From assembly GCA_964390905.1 (NCBI GenBank), contig CAYMLO010000010.1:18186-82185 (forward strand): 64,000 nt of DNA. The letters are read 5' to 3'. Origin of the DNA: an uncultured Planctomycetales bacterium (lineage in GTDB: Bacteria > Planctomycetota > Phycisphaerae > UBA1845 > JAFGLZ01). Shown piece by piece: positions 27,567 to 37,211 of this stretch. Each line of letters opens with the position of its first letter. The stretch's first letter is position 1. The position numbers and the translations under genes were made by a program. A model generated the notes under the pieces. That model worked only from the letters and a program-made list of their open reading frames with translations, was not told where the DNA came from and ran no database searches.

Positions 27567-27690
27567 GGATTCTGGTCGCAAGCGGACGGGCTCGCCGGCG
27601 CGACCCGCACAGCGGAACACGAAATACTGTATTCGTCCTGGCGGCAGACACGATATGTGGTAGCATATTGCCGGAGGAGGTCCAAGCCCC

Positions 27691-28797
27691 ATGGCACGCA
27701 CGACCCAGGCAACGAAGGCGAAGGCTCGCACCGCGACCGACGGGATTTCGCTCGACACGGTGATCCAAGGCGACTGCCTCAAGGTGCTCAGCAGCGTTGA
27801 CGAACCCTTCGCGGATCTGGTCTTCGCGGATCCGCCCTTCAACATCGGCTACACCTACGACGAGTATTGCGACAACGTCGAGTATGAGCAATACGGGAAC
27901 TGGACCCGGCAGTGGATGACGACGTGCGTCGAGGTGCTCAAGCCCACGGGGTCGTTCTACGTCGCCATCGGGGACAACTTCGCCGCGGAGGCCCGTCTGA
28001 TCGGTCGAGATCTCGGCCTGACGCTCCGCAATTGGATCATCTGGCACTACACCTTCGGCCAAAGCACCAAGGCGATGTTCGCCAAGTCCCACACCCACAT
28101 CCTGTACTTCGTGCGGGATGCGACGAATTGCACGTTCAATGACGAGCACTTACGGTTCCCGTCCGCCCGGCACACCGAGTACAGCGACCGCCGGGCCAAT
28201 CCGATGGGACGGGTCCCCGACGACGTCTGGAACGAGTTCCCGCGCGTCTGTGGGACGTTCGCCGAACGGGCGGGCTGGCATGGCTGCCAGATGCCCGAGT
28301 CTCTGCTGATGCGGATCATCCGGGCGTCCAGCAACCCGGGCCAGGTCGTCCTCGATCCCTTCGTGGGCAGTGGGACGACGGTGGTCGCGGCCGCCAAGCT
28401 CGGGCGGCGCTACCTGGGCATCGACATCTCCAAGAAGTACATCGCCCAGTGCCGCAAGCGCCTCGCGACCGCCGAGGCCGACGCCACCGAGACCTACCGC
28501 GGGAACGGATTCGCCTGGCCTAACCTTCATGTCGAGACGTTGGGACAGCTCTATCGCGAGACGGGGACCAGCTACCACCGTCTGGTGCCCAATCGCGTCG
28601 CCATGGAATGCTTCGTGCGGCTGCTGAACGTCCGTTTGGGCACGCCCTACGACGTCGAGGAGGTCGGCGGACTGCTGACGTGGTTGGGCGATCGGAACAA
28701 GCTGCCCAAGCTCCGCAACGATCGGCCCTACCGGGAGCGGAAGCGATCGACACGGTCCGCTGAGCGTTGCGACCGGAGCCGAACCCCGGCCAGGTGA
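27691..28797 (+). CDS. Beta-class amino DNA methyltransferase (N6-adenine or N4-cytosine) with ~100-aa basic C-terminal extension; no adjacent restriction gene
   Basis: Motif IV ADPPFN precedes motif I DPFVGSGTT, the beta-class order (PF01555-like). The neighbouring genes are a hydrolase and a response regulator. Confidence 0.8.
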   Translation: MARTTQATKAKARTATDGISLDTVIQGDCLKVLSSVDEPFADLVFADPPFNIGYTYDEYCDNVEYEQYGNWTRQWMTTCVEVLKPTGSFYVAIGDNFAAEARLIGRDLGLTLRNWIIWHYTFGQSTKAMFAKSHTHILYFVRDATNCTFNDEHLRFPSARHTEYSDRRANPMGRVPDDVWNEFPRVCGTFAERAGWHGCQMPESLLMRIIRASSNPGQVVLDPFVGSGTTVVAAAKLGRRYLGIDISKKYIAQCRKRLATAEADATETYRGNGFAWPNLHVETLGQLYRETGTSYHRLVPNRVAMECFVRLLNVRLGTPYDVEEVGGLLTWLGDRNKLPKLRNDRPYRERKRSTRSAERCDRSRTPAR

Positions 28798-28844
28798 GAA
28801 CAAGGGCTTTCCCTTCCTACCGAAAGAGAGTGGGGGGTTCCGCG

Positions 28845-29390
28845 CTATCCGTACGACTCGCGCTGGTCGACGAATTTCTCGGCCAGGCGTCGATAGGCGC
28901 CGACCAGATCGCGACAGACCAGATCGATCCGCTGCCTGAGCACGCGGCGCTCGCGGATGATGCGGCTGCTGACCCGTCTGAGACGGTCATAACGAAGCCG
29001 TTCCCGATTCCGTTCACGGTGAACGGTGACGGCCTCGTCCAGCGACCTGCCGAGGCGGCTGAGGTCGAAGGGTTTGGCCAGCATGTCGCGGACGCCCAGA
29101 CGCATGGCCCCCAGGGCTCGGCCCAAGGTGGGCTGGCCGGTCATGAGGATGACCTCGCAGTCGGCGTCCCGGCGGAGTTCCCGGGCCAATTCGAGGTCGT
29201 CGCTGTCGGGAAGATCCACGTCGGCCAGCACGACGTCAGGTTTCTCGGCCATGCTGCTACAGATGGCGTCCGAGGCGGTGGTCACGCGCTGGACGCGTGC
29301 CTTGACGGTCCGCTCGATGTAGTCGGCCAGCATCCCGGCCATCTCATCGTCGTCTTCGACCAGCAGGATGTTGGTGACTGGGTGCGACAT
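28845..29390 (-). CDS. Response regulator: receiver domain plus short Arg-rich helical tail
   Basis: ILLVEDDDEM...VVLADVDLPDSDD...KPFD receiver motifs. Start taken at ATG 29390. Confidence 0.75.
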   Translation of the reverse strand: MSHPVTNILLVEDDDEMAGMLADYIERTVKARVQRVTTASDAICSSMAEKPDVVLADVDLPDSDDLELARELRRDADCEVILMTGQPTLGRALGAMRLGVRDMLAKPFDLSRLGRSLDEAVTVHRERNRERLRYDRLRRVSSRIIRERRVLRQRIDLVCRDLVGAYRRLAEKFVDQRESYG

Positions 29391-29569
29391 GGTGTCGCGT
29401 CCTCTAGACAAGGTCCCACCGGCCTGAGCCCGACGTCCCGGGCGCTCGCCGAGAACCATCTCGAGAATAAGGGCAGGCGGACGCAGGGCCGCGAGAGCGA
29501 GGGAGGAGGGAGAAGGCCTCCACGCCCGCCTGGCCCGGAAACCCGGTTTTGGGTGCTACCTCGCCTAAC

Positions 29570-31960
29570 TCACCGATCGCAAACGGCGTCGGGACCGCAT
29601 GCCTGAGCTTCCCGTGCGGCCAGCCGAGAGGACGTCACCTCCGCTGTCCCGCCAACGTGCTCTTGTCCCGTCGGGAGCTCCAGGATGACGATAGTGCCCT
29701 TGCCTGGTGTGCTTTCCAGCCGAAGCTGCCCCCCGTTGCCGTCAACGAGCCGATAGGTGCGCGCCAGGCCCAGCCCGCGATTGCGACCGGCGGGGCGGTG
29801 CGAATAGAACGGATCGAAGGCCTTGCGCAACACCTCACTGTCCATGCCCCGCCCATTGTCCTCCACCGTCAGGACAACCCTTTCATCGGTAGGTTCTGGA
29901 CGGCAGTTTATGGACAACCTTCCCTCTTTGGGGTCCATCGCTTCCACGGCGTTGCTGATAACCTCCTCGAGCACCTGCTCGAGCTGGGTTGGATCGAACC
30001 ACACCTCCGGCAGTCCGTCCGATAGCTGAAACGCGAACCGCGACTCGGTCAGCCAGGACTTCGCCAACCACGACGCCCGCACCTTGTGAAGCAGATTAAC
30101 CAGGGAGATCCGCTGAGCTGTGGGGGGGCGCGGTTTGGCGAACTCCATCAGTTCGCTGACGATCTGGCTGCATCGATGGGCCTGCTCGTTGATCAGGGAC
30201 AGCAGTTCCTGGGCCTCCGGGTCGTCCGTTCGGCTCCGGAGCATCTGCGCACGTCCGGTAATAATCGCCAGCGGATTGTTCAACTCGTGCGCCGCACCGG
30301 CCGCCATCTCACCGATCATCGACAGGCTCCGCGCCTGCAGCAACCGGGCCTGCATCTGCTGCATCCGCCGGCTCGCGTCGGCCAGGTCCTCGCTGAGCCG
30401 GTCGGCGGCCTGGCGGACGCGCGTGCTCGTCATGACCAGGCCAATCGACGTCGACAGTGACGCCAGCTCTTCCACGTCGCTCCGCCACGTCACCGCCGTT
30501 CGGGCCGGCGCAGACAGGACCGCGCCACCCACCCACTCGCCATCCCGTACGATCGGAAGCAGCCAGTAGGGCCCCTCCCCCAACTGACCGCCATGCCGAT
30601 CCACCAAGGCCTGTGCTTGCGGCAAGGCCGGCAGGATCCAGGCGCCGCCGGCAGCGACCTCGACCATCGCGTCGTCCATCTCGCCCGTCAGCAGGCAGTC
30701 GCCTTCGGGGGACAGGACCTCCGTGATAGGGTCGTCCAAGCTCGGGTCGACCAACGCCAGCTCCAGATAGCCCTCCTCGCACCGACGCACGAACAGCAGG
30801 ACCGCATCGGCCCCCAGAGCCAGGCGAACGCTCTCTGCCGCCGCCACGCAAACCTGCTGCATCGGCGCCCGCGGCGTGATCTGACGCGTCAGGTGCGACA
30901 GGGCCTGGAAGTGCCTGCTCCGCGCCTCTAGCTTGTGGTTCGTCGCCGTCAACGACGCGTTCAGACGCGAGAGCTCGTCGTTCGCCTCGGCCAGCGCCTG
31001 GGCGTACAACTCCTTGCTCGACAACTCTCCCAGACCGATGATCGACGCCCGCTGCTCGATCCGGTCCGGCAGGTCCCGGAGGATCGCCTCGTAACGGTCC
31101 TTGTCGATGCCCAACCGCACCGCCACTTCCTGAGGATCCTCGTCGCCGGTCCAGTTGCCGCTGTATCCGACCCGCTGGTGCCGCGCGATCAGATCGGCCA
31201 GGTGAACGATCTGCACGTGTTCGAGGCACGCCATCGACGGCGGCAGCGCATCTGGGCCGTGGTGATGCAGCCACATGCACTGCACGACCGGCTCGGGCAG
31301 CGACCACCGCTCCCCCAAGCGACGCCCCACCACCGTGTGGTCGAGGCCCAAGACCTGCCGCTCCACGTCGGCGATGCAGGCCCTTCGGCTGTCGGCCATG
31401 CGAACCACCCGATCGAAGCTCTTGGGCAGGCACGTGTCCAACGCGACTTTTCCCAGGTCGTGTAGCAGGCCGCAGACGAACGCTTCCTCTGGGGAGACGC
31501 GGCTCGATGCCCCAGGCCCGCCCGGGCCCGCCTCGGCGATCAGATGGGCCGCACACGCCACCGCCAACGAATGCTTCCAAAACTCCGCACGGTCGAACGT
31601 CGTGTCCGCTTCCTGCTTCTGCGGGCCGAACACCTCGAACACCTTGATCGACAGCACCGCGTTTCGGATCGCGTCGAAGCCCATCAGCACGACGGCGCGA
31701 TCGACCGTCGAGACACTGCCCCCCGCCCCCACGCTCGCACGCCGAACGAGCGACAGGATCTTAGCCGTCAGCGACTGGTCCGACTCGATCAGTTGGGTGA
31801 CCTGCTTGGCGTGGGCGTCGTCATCGGTGGTGACCTGCAGCAGCCTGGCCGCGACGGCGGGCAAGGTAGGCAGGCTATCGAGCTGGGCGATGATCAGCTC
31901 GACCCGCTTGGCCTTGTCACCACTGGCCGTCGGCGTCTGTGACACGCCCGCAACCCCCAT
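29570..31960 (-). CDS. HDOD-domain / GAF-like sensor histidine kinase
   Basis: N-terminal HDOD (LPTLPAVAARLLQV...LGFDAIRNAVLS...GLLHDLGK). HisKA H-box AAHELNNPLAII. HATPase N/G boxes (NAVEAM; DNGRGMD; GLGLA). Confidence 0.85.
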   Translation of the reverse strand: MGVAGVSQTPTASGDKAKRVELIIAQLDSLPTLPAVAARLLQVTTDDDAHAKQVTQLIESDQSLTAKILSLVRRASVGAGGSVSTVDRAVVLMGFDAIRNAVLSIKVFEVFGPQKQEADTTFDRAEFWKHSLAVACAAHLIAEAGPGGPGASSRVSPEEAFVCGLLHDLGKVALDTCLPKSFDRVVRMADSRRACIADVERQVLGLDHTVVGRRLGERWSLPEPVVQCMWLHHHGPDALPPSMACLEHVQIVHLADLIARHQRVGYSGNWTGDEDPQEVAVRLGIDKDRYEAILRDLPDRIEQRASIIGLGELSSKELYAQALAEANDELSRLNASLTATNHKLEARSRHFQALSHLTRQITPRAPMQQVCVAAAESVRLALGADAVLLFVRRCEEGYLELALVDPSLDDPITEVLSPEGDCLLTGEMDDAMVEVAAGGAWILPALPQAQALVDRHGGQLGEGPYWLLPIVRDGEWVGGAVLSAPARTAVTWRSDVEELASLSTSIGLVMTSTRVRQAADRLSEDLADASRRMQQMQARLLQARSLSMIGEMAAGAAHELNNPLAIITGRAQMLRSRTDDPEAQELLSLINEQAHRCSQIVSELMEFAKPRPPTAQRISLVNLLHKVRASWLAKSWLTESRFAFQLSDGLPEVWFDPTQLEQVLEEVISNAVEAMDPKEGRLSINCRPEPTDERVVLTVEDNGRGMDSEVLRKAFDPFYSHRPAGRNRGLGLARTYRLVDGNGGQLRLESTPGKGTIVILELPTGQEHVGGTAEVTSSRLAAREAQACGPDAVCDR

Positions 31961-32009
31961 GAGTATGTGTTGAGCCCTCGCCCTCCAGAGGCCCTTCGAA
32001 CCGCAGCAT

Positions 32010-32642
32010 CTACACGCCGACCAACTGGCCGATCTTGCTGATCAACGCGTCAATCTCGAAGGGCTTCTTGACGAAGTCGTGGGCCCCGTCCGACAGAAGC
32101 GCGTCGATCTCCTCCCGATTGACCACCCCCGAAACGATGATGATCTTGACGTGCTCGAGTTTGGGATTCGCCCGAACCGTCTTGCACACGATGTTGCCGT
32201 TCACGTCCGGCAACATGTAGTCCAGGATGATGACGTCGGGATGGAACTCGCCCGCCACGACGCCCGCGTCAAACCCCGTTGCGGCCGTGCGGACCTCGAA
32301 CCGTCCATCGCGCTCGAGCAGCTCGACCAGCATCTCGACGATGGCCGGCTCGTCGTCCACCACCAACACCCGCTTCTTGCCCGACTCAAGCTGATCCAAC
32401 GGGATCCCGTTCTCCTTCATGAACTGGATCAACCCCTCCCGCGTGATGCGGCGGAACCGGCTGCCCGGAACCCTGAACCCCGTCAGTCGACCCGAGTCGA
32501 AACACCGAATCACGGTCTGCTGGCTGACCTGACAGATCTGGGCCACCTCCCCCGTCGTGAATACGTTCTTGGCCAACGTGGAGACCCCGCTCTTGCGACG
32601 CCCCTTCTCCGAATCAGATGCGATATTGTCTTGGACCGTCAT
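32010..32642 (-). CDS. Response regulator with N-terminal excisionase/MerR-type HTH and C-terminal receiver domain
   Basis: FTTGEVAQICQVSQQTVIRCFDSGRL (HTH), then KRVLVVDDEP...VIILDYMLPDVNG...KKPF. Confidence 0.8.
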   Translation of the reverse strand: MTVQDNIASDSEKGRRKSGVSTLAKNVFTTGEVAQICQVSQQTVIRCFDSGRLTGFRVPGSRFRRITREGLIQFMKENGIPLDQLESGKKRVLVVDDEPAIVEMLVELLERDGRFEVRTAATGFDAGVVAGEFHPDVIILDYMLPDVNGNIVCKTVRANPKLEHVKIIIVSGVVNREEIDALLSDGAHDFVKKPFEIDALISKIGQLVGV

Positions 32643-32841
32643 ATCACTCGACCATCTTACCTAGATTGCCCACCTTCACACTAGTACCATCGGTTCGGGC
32701 CGCCGTCAAGTGAACTTCCCCGTCCGATCCAGACGCGGCGACCATCACCCTACGACCGGGCCGGTCGGACGGCAAGTCCGATAGTGTCGGCCGAAAGGGG
32801 AGGGCCGTGCCGATCTTCCAAGGCGCGTCGCCCCCAATGCG

Positions 32842-34668
32842 CTACAACCTTCGACGCCGATCAAGGTAGACCATCAGAATCGTAATGTCACTTGGATTGA
32901 TGCCGCTGATCCGGCCCGCCTGGCCAATCGATCGCGGACCGACGGCCGATAACCGCTCCCGGGCCTCGGCGCGGAGTTCGGGGATGGACGCGTAGTCCAA
33001 CCCCGGCGGAATGGGGCGCGATTCCATCTGACGAAACCGCTCGATCTGTCGCTGCTGCCGCACGATGTACCCCCCGTACTTGACCTCGATCTCGACCGCC
33101 TGCAGCGCCTGATCCAGCAGCGGCCCGGTGTGGGGGTCAAACACGTCGCGATCGACCAGCTCCGTCAGGCGGACCTCCGGCCGACGCAGCCAGTCGATCA
33201 GTGGCCGACCCTCGCGATGGCCGCCGGCCAATGCCGCGCGAACGCGCTCGACGAGTTGCCGCTTCTGCTCGAACCGACGCCAGCGATCGTCATCGACCAG
33301 ACCAACGCGGCGCCCCATCGGCGTGAGCCGGGCGTCGGCGTTGTCGCTGCGCAGCAAGAGCCGGTACTCAGCCCGCGAGGTAAACATGCGATAGGGCTCG
33401 ACGGGCGGGCGCGTGATCAGGTCGTCGACCATCACGCCGATGTAGGCCTCGTCCCGACCGAGGACCACGCCCTCCTCGCCCGCAACGCGGCGCGCGGCGT
33501 TGACGCCCGCCAGCAGCCCCAGCCCCCCGGCCTCCTCGTATCCGCTGGTGCCGTTGATCTGACCGGCCAGGAACAGGCCGCCCACCCGCTTGGCCTCCAG
33601 CGTCGACTGCATCTGGTCCGGCGGGACGAAGTCGTACTCGATCGCATAGCCCGGCTGGACGATGCGGGCCCGCTCGAGACCGATAATGGAGTGGACCATG
33701 TCCTCCTGCACGTCTGCGGGCAGCGACGTGCTGATCCCGTTGCAGTAGATCCGATCGCTGTCCAGGCCCTCCGGCTCGAGGAAGATCTGGTGTTGGTCCT
33801 TGTCGGCGAAGCGGACGATCTTGTCCTCGATGCTGGGACAGTAGCGCGGGCCCCGCGACTGGATCTGCCCCGTGAAGAGAGGCGCGCGGTCCAGGTTGGC
33901 GCGGATCAGCTCGTGCGTCTTGCGGTTGGTGTAGGTGATCCAGCAGTCGATCTGCGGCGACGTGATGGTGTCGTTCATGAACGAGAACGGCACGGGCGTC
34001 TCGTCCCCGGGCTGGATCTTGAGGCCGGCGACGTCCACGGAGTCGCGGGCGACCCGGGGCGGCGTGCCGGTCTTGAGCCGACACAACTGAAACCCCAGCC
34101 GTTCGAGCGACCGCGAGACGCCGACCGCAGCCGGTTCGCCCACCCGTCCGCCTTCGGTCTGCACCTTTCCGCAGTGCATCAGCCCGCGGAGAAACGTGCC
34201 CGGCGTCAGGACCACCGCGGGCGCGGACAACACGCGCCCGTCCGCCAACGCCACGCCGCGAACCGCGTCCCCCTCGACAAGAACATCCTCGGCCGACGCC
34301 TCGATGAGGTCCAAGTTGGGCGTCGATTCGAGCATGTCGCGGACGCGGCGGGTGTAGGATCGGAGGTCGGCCTGGGCCCGGGGCGACCAGACGGCCGGTC
34401 CCTTGCGACGGTTCAGCATGCGGAACTGGATGCCCGTCGCGTCAATCGCCAGGCCCATCAGCCCGCCCAGCGCATCGATCTCGCGGACCATCTGCCCTTT
34501 GGCCAACCCGCCGATCGCCGGGTTGCAGGACATTCGTGCGATGGCGTCGAGGGCAATCGTGACCAGCGCCGTCCGCGCGCCCACACGCGCGGCCGCCCAC
34601 GCCGCTTCCGCGCCGGCGTGCCCGCCGCCGACCACGATCACGTCGAACCGGTCCGGGACGCTGCTCAT
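32842..34668 (-). CDS. mnmG: tRNA uridine 5-carboxymethylaminomethyl modification enzyme MnmG (GidA)
   Basis: FDVIVVGGGHAGAEAA, SCNPAIGGLAKGQMVREIDALGG, GPRYCPSIEDK, FLAGQINGTSGYEEA. Start moved to ATG 34668. Confidence 0.95.
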   Translation of the reverse strand: MSSVPDRFDVIVVGGGHAGAEAAWAAARVGARTALVTIALDAIARMSCNPAIGGLAKGQMVREIDALGGLMGLAIDATGIQFRMLNRRKGPAVWSPRAQADLRSYTRRVRDMLESTPNLDLIEASAEDVLVEGDAVRGVALADGRVLSAPAVVLTPGTFLRGLMHCGKVQTEGGRVGEPAAVGVSRSLERLGFQLCRLKTGTPPRVARDSVDVAGLKIQPGDETPVPFSFMNDTITSPQIDCWITYTNRKTHELIRANLDRAPLFTGQIQSRGPRYCPSIEDKIVRFADKDQHQIFLEPEGLDSDRIYCNGISTSLPADVQEDMVHSIIGLERARIVQPGYAIEYDFVPPDQMQSTLEAKRVGGLFLAGQINGTSGYEEAGGLGLLAGVNAARRVAGEEGVVLGRDEAYIGVMVDDLITRPPVEPYRMFTSRAEYRLLLRSDNADARLTPMGRRVGLVDDDRWRRFEQKRQLVERVRAALAGGHREGRPLIDWLRRPEVRLTELVDRDVFDPHTGPLLDQALQAVEIEVKYGGYIVRQQRQIERFRQMESRPIPPGLDYASIPELRAEARERLSAVGPRSIGQAGRISGINPSDITILMVYLDRRRRL

Positions 34669-34693
34669 CTCGATCGAACCCCCGCGATGCCAG

Positions 34694-37156
34694 TCAGTCC
34701 GCCTTGCCGCGCAACCGGAAGGGCCGACCGGCCTGGTACAGCCGAATCCGCGCTGCGATCTGCCGGGCCAGCGCGGTCTTGCCAGATGCCTGGGCGAGTC
34801 TTGCCGCTTGCGCGGCGTACTCGATGGCCTCCTGAAGACGTCCAACCTCCGCACACGCCGCCGCGAGCACATCGAGGCAGGCCGGGTCCTGGTTGCGGGT
34901 GGCGCGGCTCAGACGTTCGGCCCGCCGCAATGCCTCCGCGCCGTCACGCGTGCTAGCGTCTGGCGACACGGCCAACAACCACGCAAGTCGAAGGTCCAAC
35001 CGGCCCTCCGCCGGGCAGTGTTTCACGCCCTGACGCAACACCGCGATTGCCTCGGCGTACCGGCGCTGCTGGATAAGCTGCCTCGTAAAGTTCCCATACG
35101 CCGACGCCATCGTGGGCGCCTTGGCGATCGCGTCGCGCCACTGGGCTTCCGCCTCGTCGGTTCGACCGAGCCGGCTAAGCGTGTTGGCCAGGTTAACTTG
35201 TGCGCCCACAAGCCCCGGCCTGTGGGTCAGGGCCGTCCGGTACGAGGCGACGGCCTCCTCCAGTCGCCCAAGCTGGACCAGCGCGTTGCCCAGGTTGTAG
35301 TGGGCGGTGGCATACGTGGGGTCCAGCTCGATCGCACGACGCAAGTGGCGTTCTGCCTTGTCGGGCAGGCCGAGCCGCGTCAAGGTCATGCCGATGTTGC
35401 TCTGTGCCCCTACCGACTCCGGGCACAGCCGGGCCGCCTCCCGGTGATGCTCCAGCGCCTCATGGTAGTCGCCCCTCGACGAAAGGGCGCCGCCCCAGTT
35501 TTGGTGGATCAGGTGGCTTTCGGGATATACGCTGCCGGCGTGCTCCCACAGCGAGACCGAGTCGTGCCAGATCCGGGACTGCTTCCACGCAAGCGTCCCG
35601 AGCGCAACGATCACGAGCCCCGACTCGACCCAGACGACGTGCCTCACCGAAGCCCGTTGCCTGACCCACCGGAACGCCAACCCCCCCAGCGTCCCGAGCG
35701 CAACGATCACGAGCCCCGACCCGACCCGGAGGACGTGCCTCACCGAAGCCCGTTGCCTGACCCACCACAACGCCAACCCCTCCAGCGCCCCGCGCGCCAC
35801 CCCCCCCAGCGCCCCGAGCGCCAACCCGCCCAGCGCCCCGAGCGCAACGAGCACGAGCCCCGCCCCAACCCAGAGGACGTGGCTCACCGAAGCCCGTCGC
35901 CCGACCCACCAGACCGCCCACCCGCCCAGCAGCGCCCAAGCCAGACACGGCAGATAGGTGTATCGATCGGCGGCGATCTGTGGGCCCATCTGGGTCAGGC
36001 CCGACACCGGCGCGAGCATCCCCAAGTAGCTGATCCACACCGCCAATCCCGCCGGCCAACGCCGTCGACCCCGAACTGTCGCGATCGTGATCGCGATCAG
36101 CACGACCCCGCACACCGTGTAAATCCAGTCGGACAGACGGAAGAGCCTGGGCATCGGATAGAGTGCCGAGAGGCCTATCGGCAAAACGGTCTTGTAGAGG
36201 TAGAACGCCGTTGCGTACAGCGCGACCCCGATCCGTCGCTCCCATCCATACTGCTCCAGACCCGCCACCGCCGCCACGCTGATTTGGCCGACGACGCCCA
36301 CGACGCCGGCCGCAACCGCCAGGACCACGTACGGCAGCTTCTCCAGCCAGACCGGTCGCGCGTCGGGCCCGAACCACGTTTCGCCAACGCCCAGCCGCCG
36401 GAGCGGGTAGACGTCCAACACCACCAGCACGAGCGGCAACGTGATGCCCATCCCCTTGCTCAGCAACGAGGCCGCATAGGCCACCAGAGACGCAACCAAC
36501 CAGCGCCTGCGGAGCCGCGCGTCGTCGCCCGCGCCCTGAGCCCGCAGATATGCCAGCAACGTCAGCACGAAGAACAGCCCGCTGACCACGTCTCGCCGCT
36601 CAGTCGCCCACACGACCGATTCAACCCGCAACGGATGGACCCCAAACAGCAGGGCCGCAATCCCCGCCGCCACGCACAGCCCCGGGGCGGCCCGCCCCAC
36701 GGACTGACCAGCCACGATGCAGAACAGACGCCGCGCCAGGAAGTAGAACGCCAGCACCGTCGCCGCGTGAAACAGCAGGCTGGTTAGATGGTATCCGCGG
36801 GGGTCCATCCCCCAGATGACGTAGTCGGCCCCCAACGTGATCCAGGTCAACGGCTGATACGGCCCGGCGTGGAACGTCGTGAACATCCACCGAAGCTGCG
36901 GCCACCCCAACCCGCGGTAGTTGGGGTTCTCCACGAAGTTCAGCCCGTCGTCCCAGTTGACGAACCCATTGCCCAGCGACGGCAAGAAGGCAAGTGCCGT
37001 CAACACAACGACACCGGCCGGCACGACCCACCCCGCCCACGGACGAGACACCCCCTCGTCCCGCTGCCCCAGTCCGCCTTCAATCGAGCTGTCCGCGCAA
37101 CCGCCTTGGCCCATACAGGATAATGTACCCGAGGATTCGCTGTCCGGACCAGTCAC
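34694..37156 (-). CDS. Polytopic membrane protein (PMT/TMTC-like glycosyltransferase-type N-terminal region) with C-terminal TPR repeats
   Basis: N-terminal FVNWDDGLNFVENP...YHLTSLLFHA resembles DUF1736/PMT_2-type proteins. The C-terminal ~300 aa carry multiple TPR units (YNLGNALVQLGRLEEAVASYRTAL and others). Start uncertain (37156 or ATG 37114). Confidence 0.6.
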   Translation of the reverse strand: MTGPDSESSGTLSCMGQGGCADSSIEGGLGQRDEGVSRPWAGWVVPAGVVVLTALAFLPSLGNGFVNWDDGLNFVENPNYRGLGWPQLRWMFTTFHAGPYQPLTWITLGADYVIWGMDPRGYHLTSLLFHAATVLAFYFLARRLFCIVAGQSVGRAAPGLCVAAGIAALLFGVHPLRVESVVWATERRDVVSGLFFVLTLLAYLRAQGAGDDARLRRRWLVASLVAYAASLLSKGMGITLPLVLVVLDVYPLRRLGVGETWFGPDARPVWLEKLPYVVLAVAAGVVGVVGQISVAAVAGLEQYGWERRIGVALYATAFYLYKTVLPIGLSALYPMPRLFRLSDWIYTVCGVVLIAITIATVRGRRRWPAGLAVWISYLGMLAPVSGLTQMGPQIAADRYTYLPCLAWALLGGWAVWWVGRRASVSHVLWVGAGLVLVALGALGGLALGALGGVARGALEGLALWWVRQRASVRHVLRVGSGLVIVALGTLGGLAFRWVRQRASVRHVVWVESGLVIVALGTLAWKQSRIWHDSVSLWEHAGSVYPESHLIHQNWGGALSSRGDYHEALEHHREAARLCPESVGAQSNIGMTLTRLGLPDKAERHLRRAIELDPTYATAHYNLGNALVQLGRLEEAVASYRTALTHRPGLVGAQVNLANTLSRLGRTDEAEAQWRDAIAKAPTMASAYGNFTRQLIQQRRYAEAIAVLRQGVKHCPAEGRLDLRLAWLLAVSPDASTRDGAEALRRAERLSRATRNQDPACLDVLAAACAEVGRLQEAIEYAAQAARLAQASGKTALARQIAARIRLYQAGRPFRLRGKAD
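35592..35927. repeat. Intragenic tandem repeat: two adjacent 96-bp units, a 48-bp partial unit, and a third diverged unit
   Basis: Units at 35592-35687 and 35688-35783 differ at ~6 of 96 positions by hand alignment. The third unit is at 35832-35927. Each encodes a 32-aa WV(R/G)(Q/R)RASV(R/S)HV..VG.GLV.VALG.LGGLA segment. Confidence 0.85.
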
Positions 37157-37211
37157 GAGGCGTGTCCCGGACAGCCTTACACCTCAAGCACTGCCCCGAC
37201 TTGGTTCGGCA

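Noticed and set aside
32643-32841. Possible tRNA or small RNA genes in the larger intergenic gaps (32643-32841, 14192-14444, 52800-52992, 54100-54275).
   Set aside because: No cloverleaf-compatible acceptor/T-arm pairing, conserved GTTC-type T-loop context or other recognisable RNA motif was seen. This cannot be excluded without tRNAscan/Infernal.
35592-35927. Possible CRISPR array or other spaced-repeat locus.
   Set aside because: The only tandem repeats in the window are contiguous 96-bp in-frame units inside a coding gene, with no unique spacers. No short direct repeats with regular 30-40-bp spacers were seen anywhere, and there are no cas-like genes.
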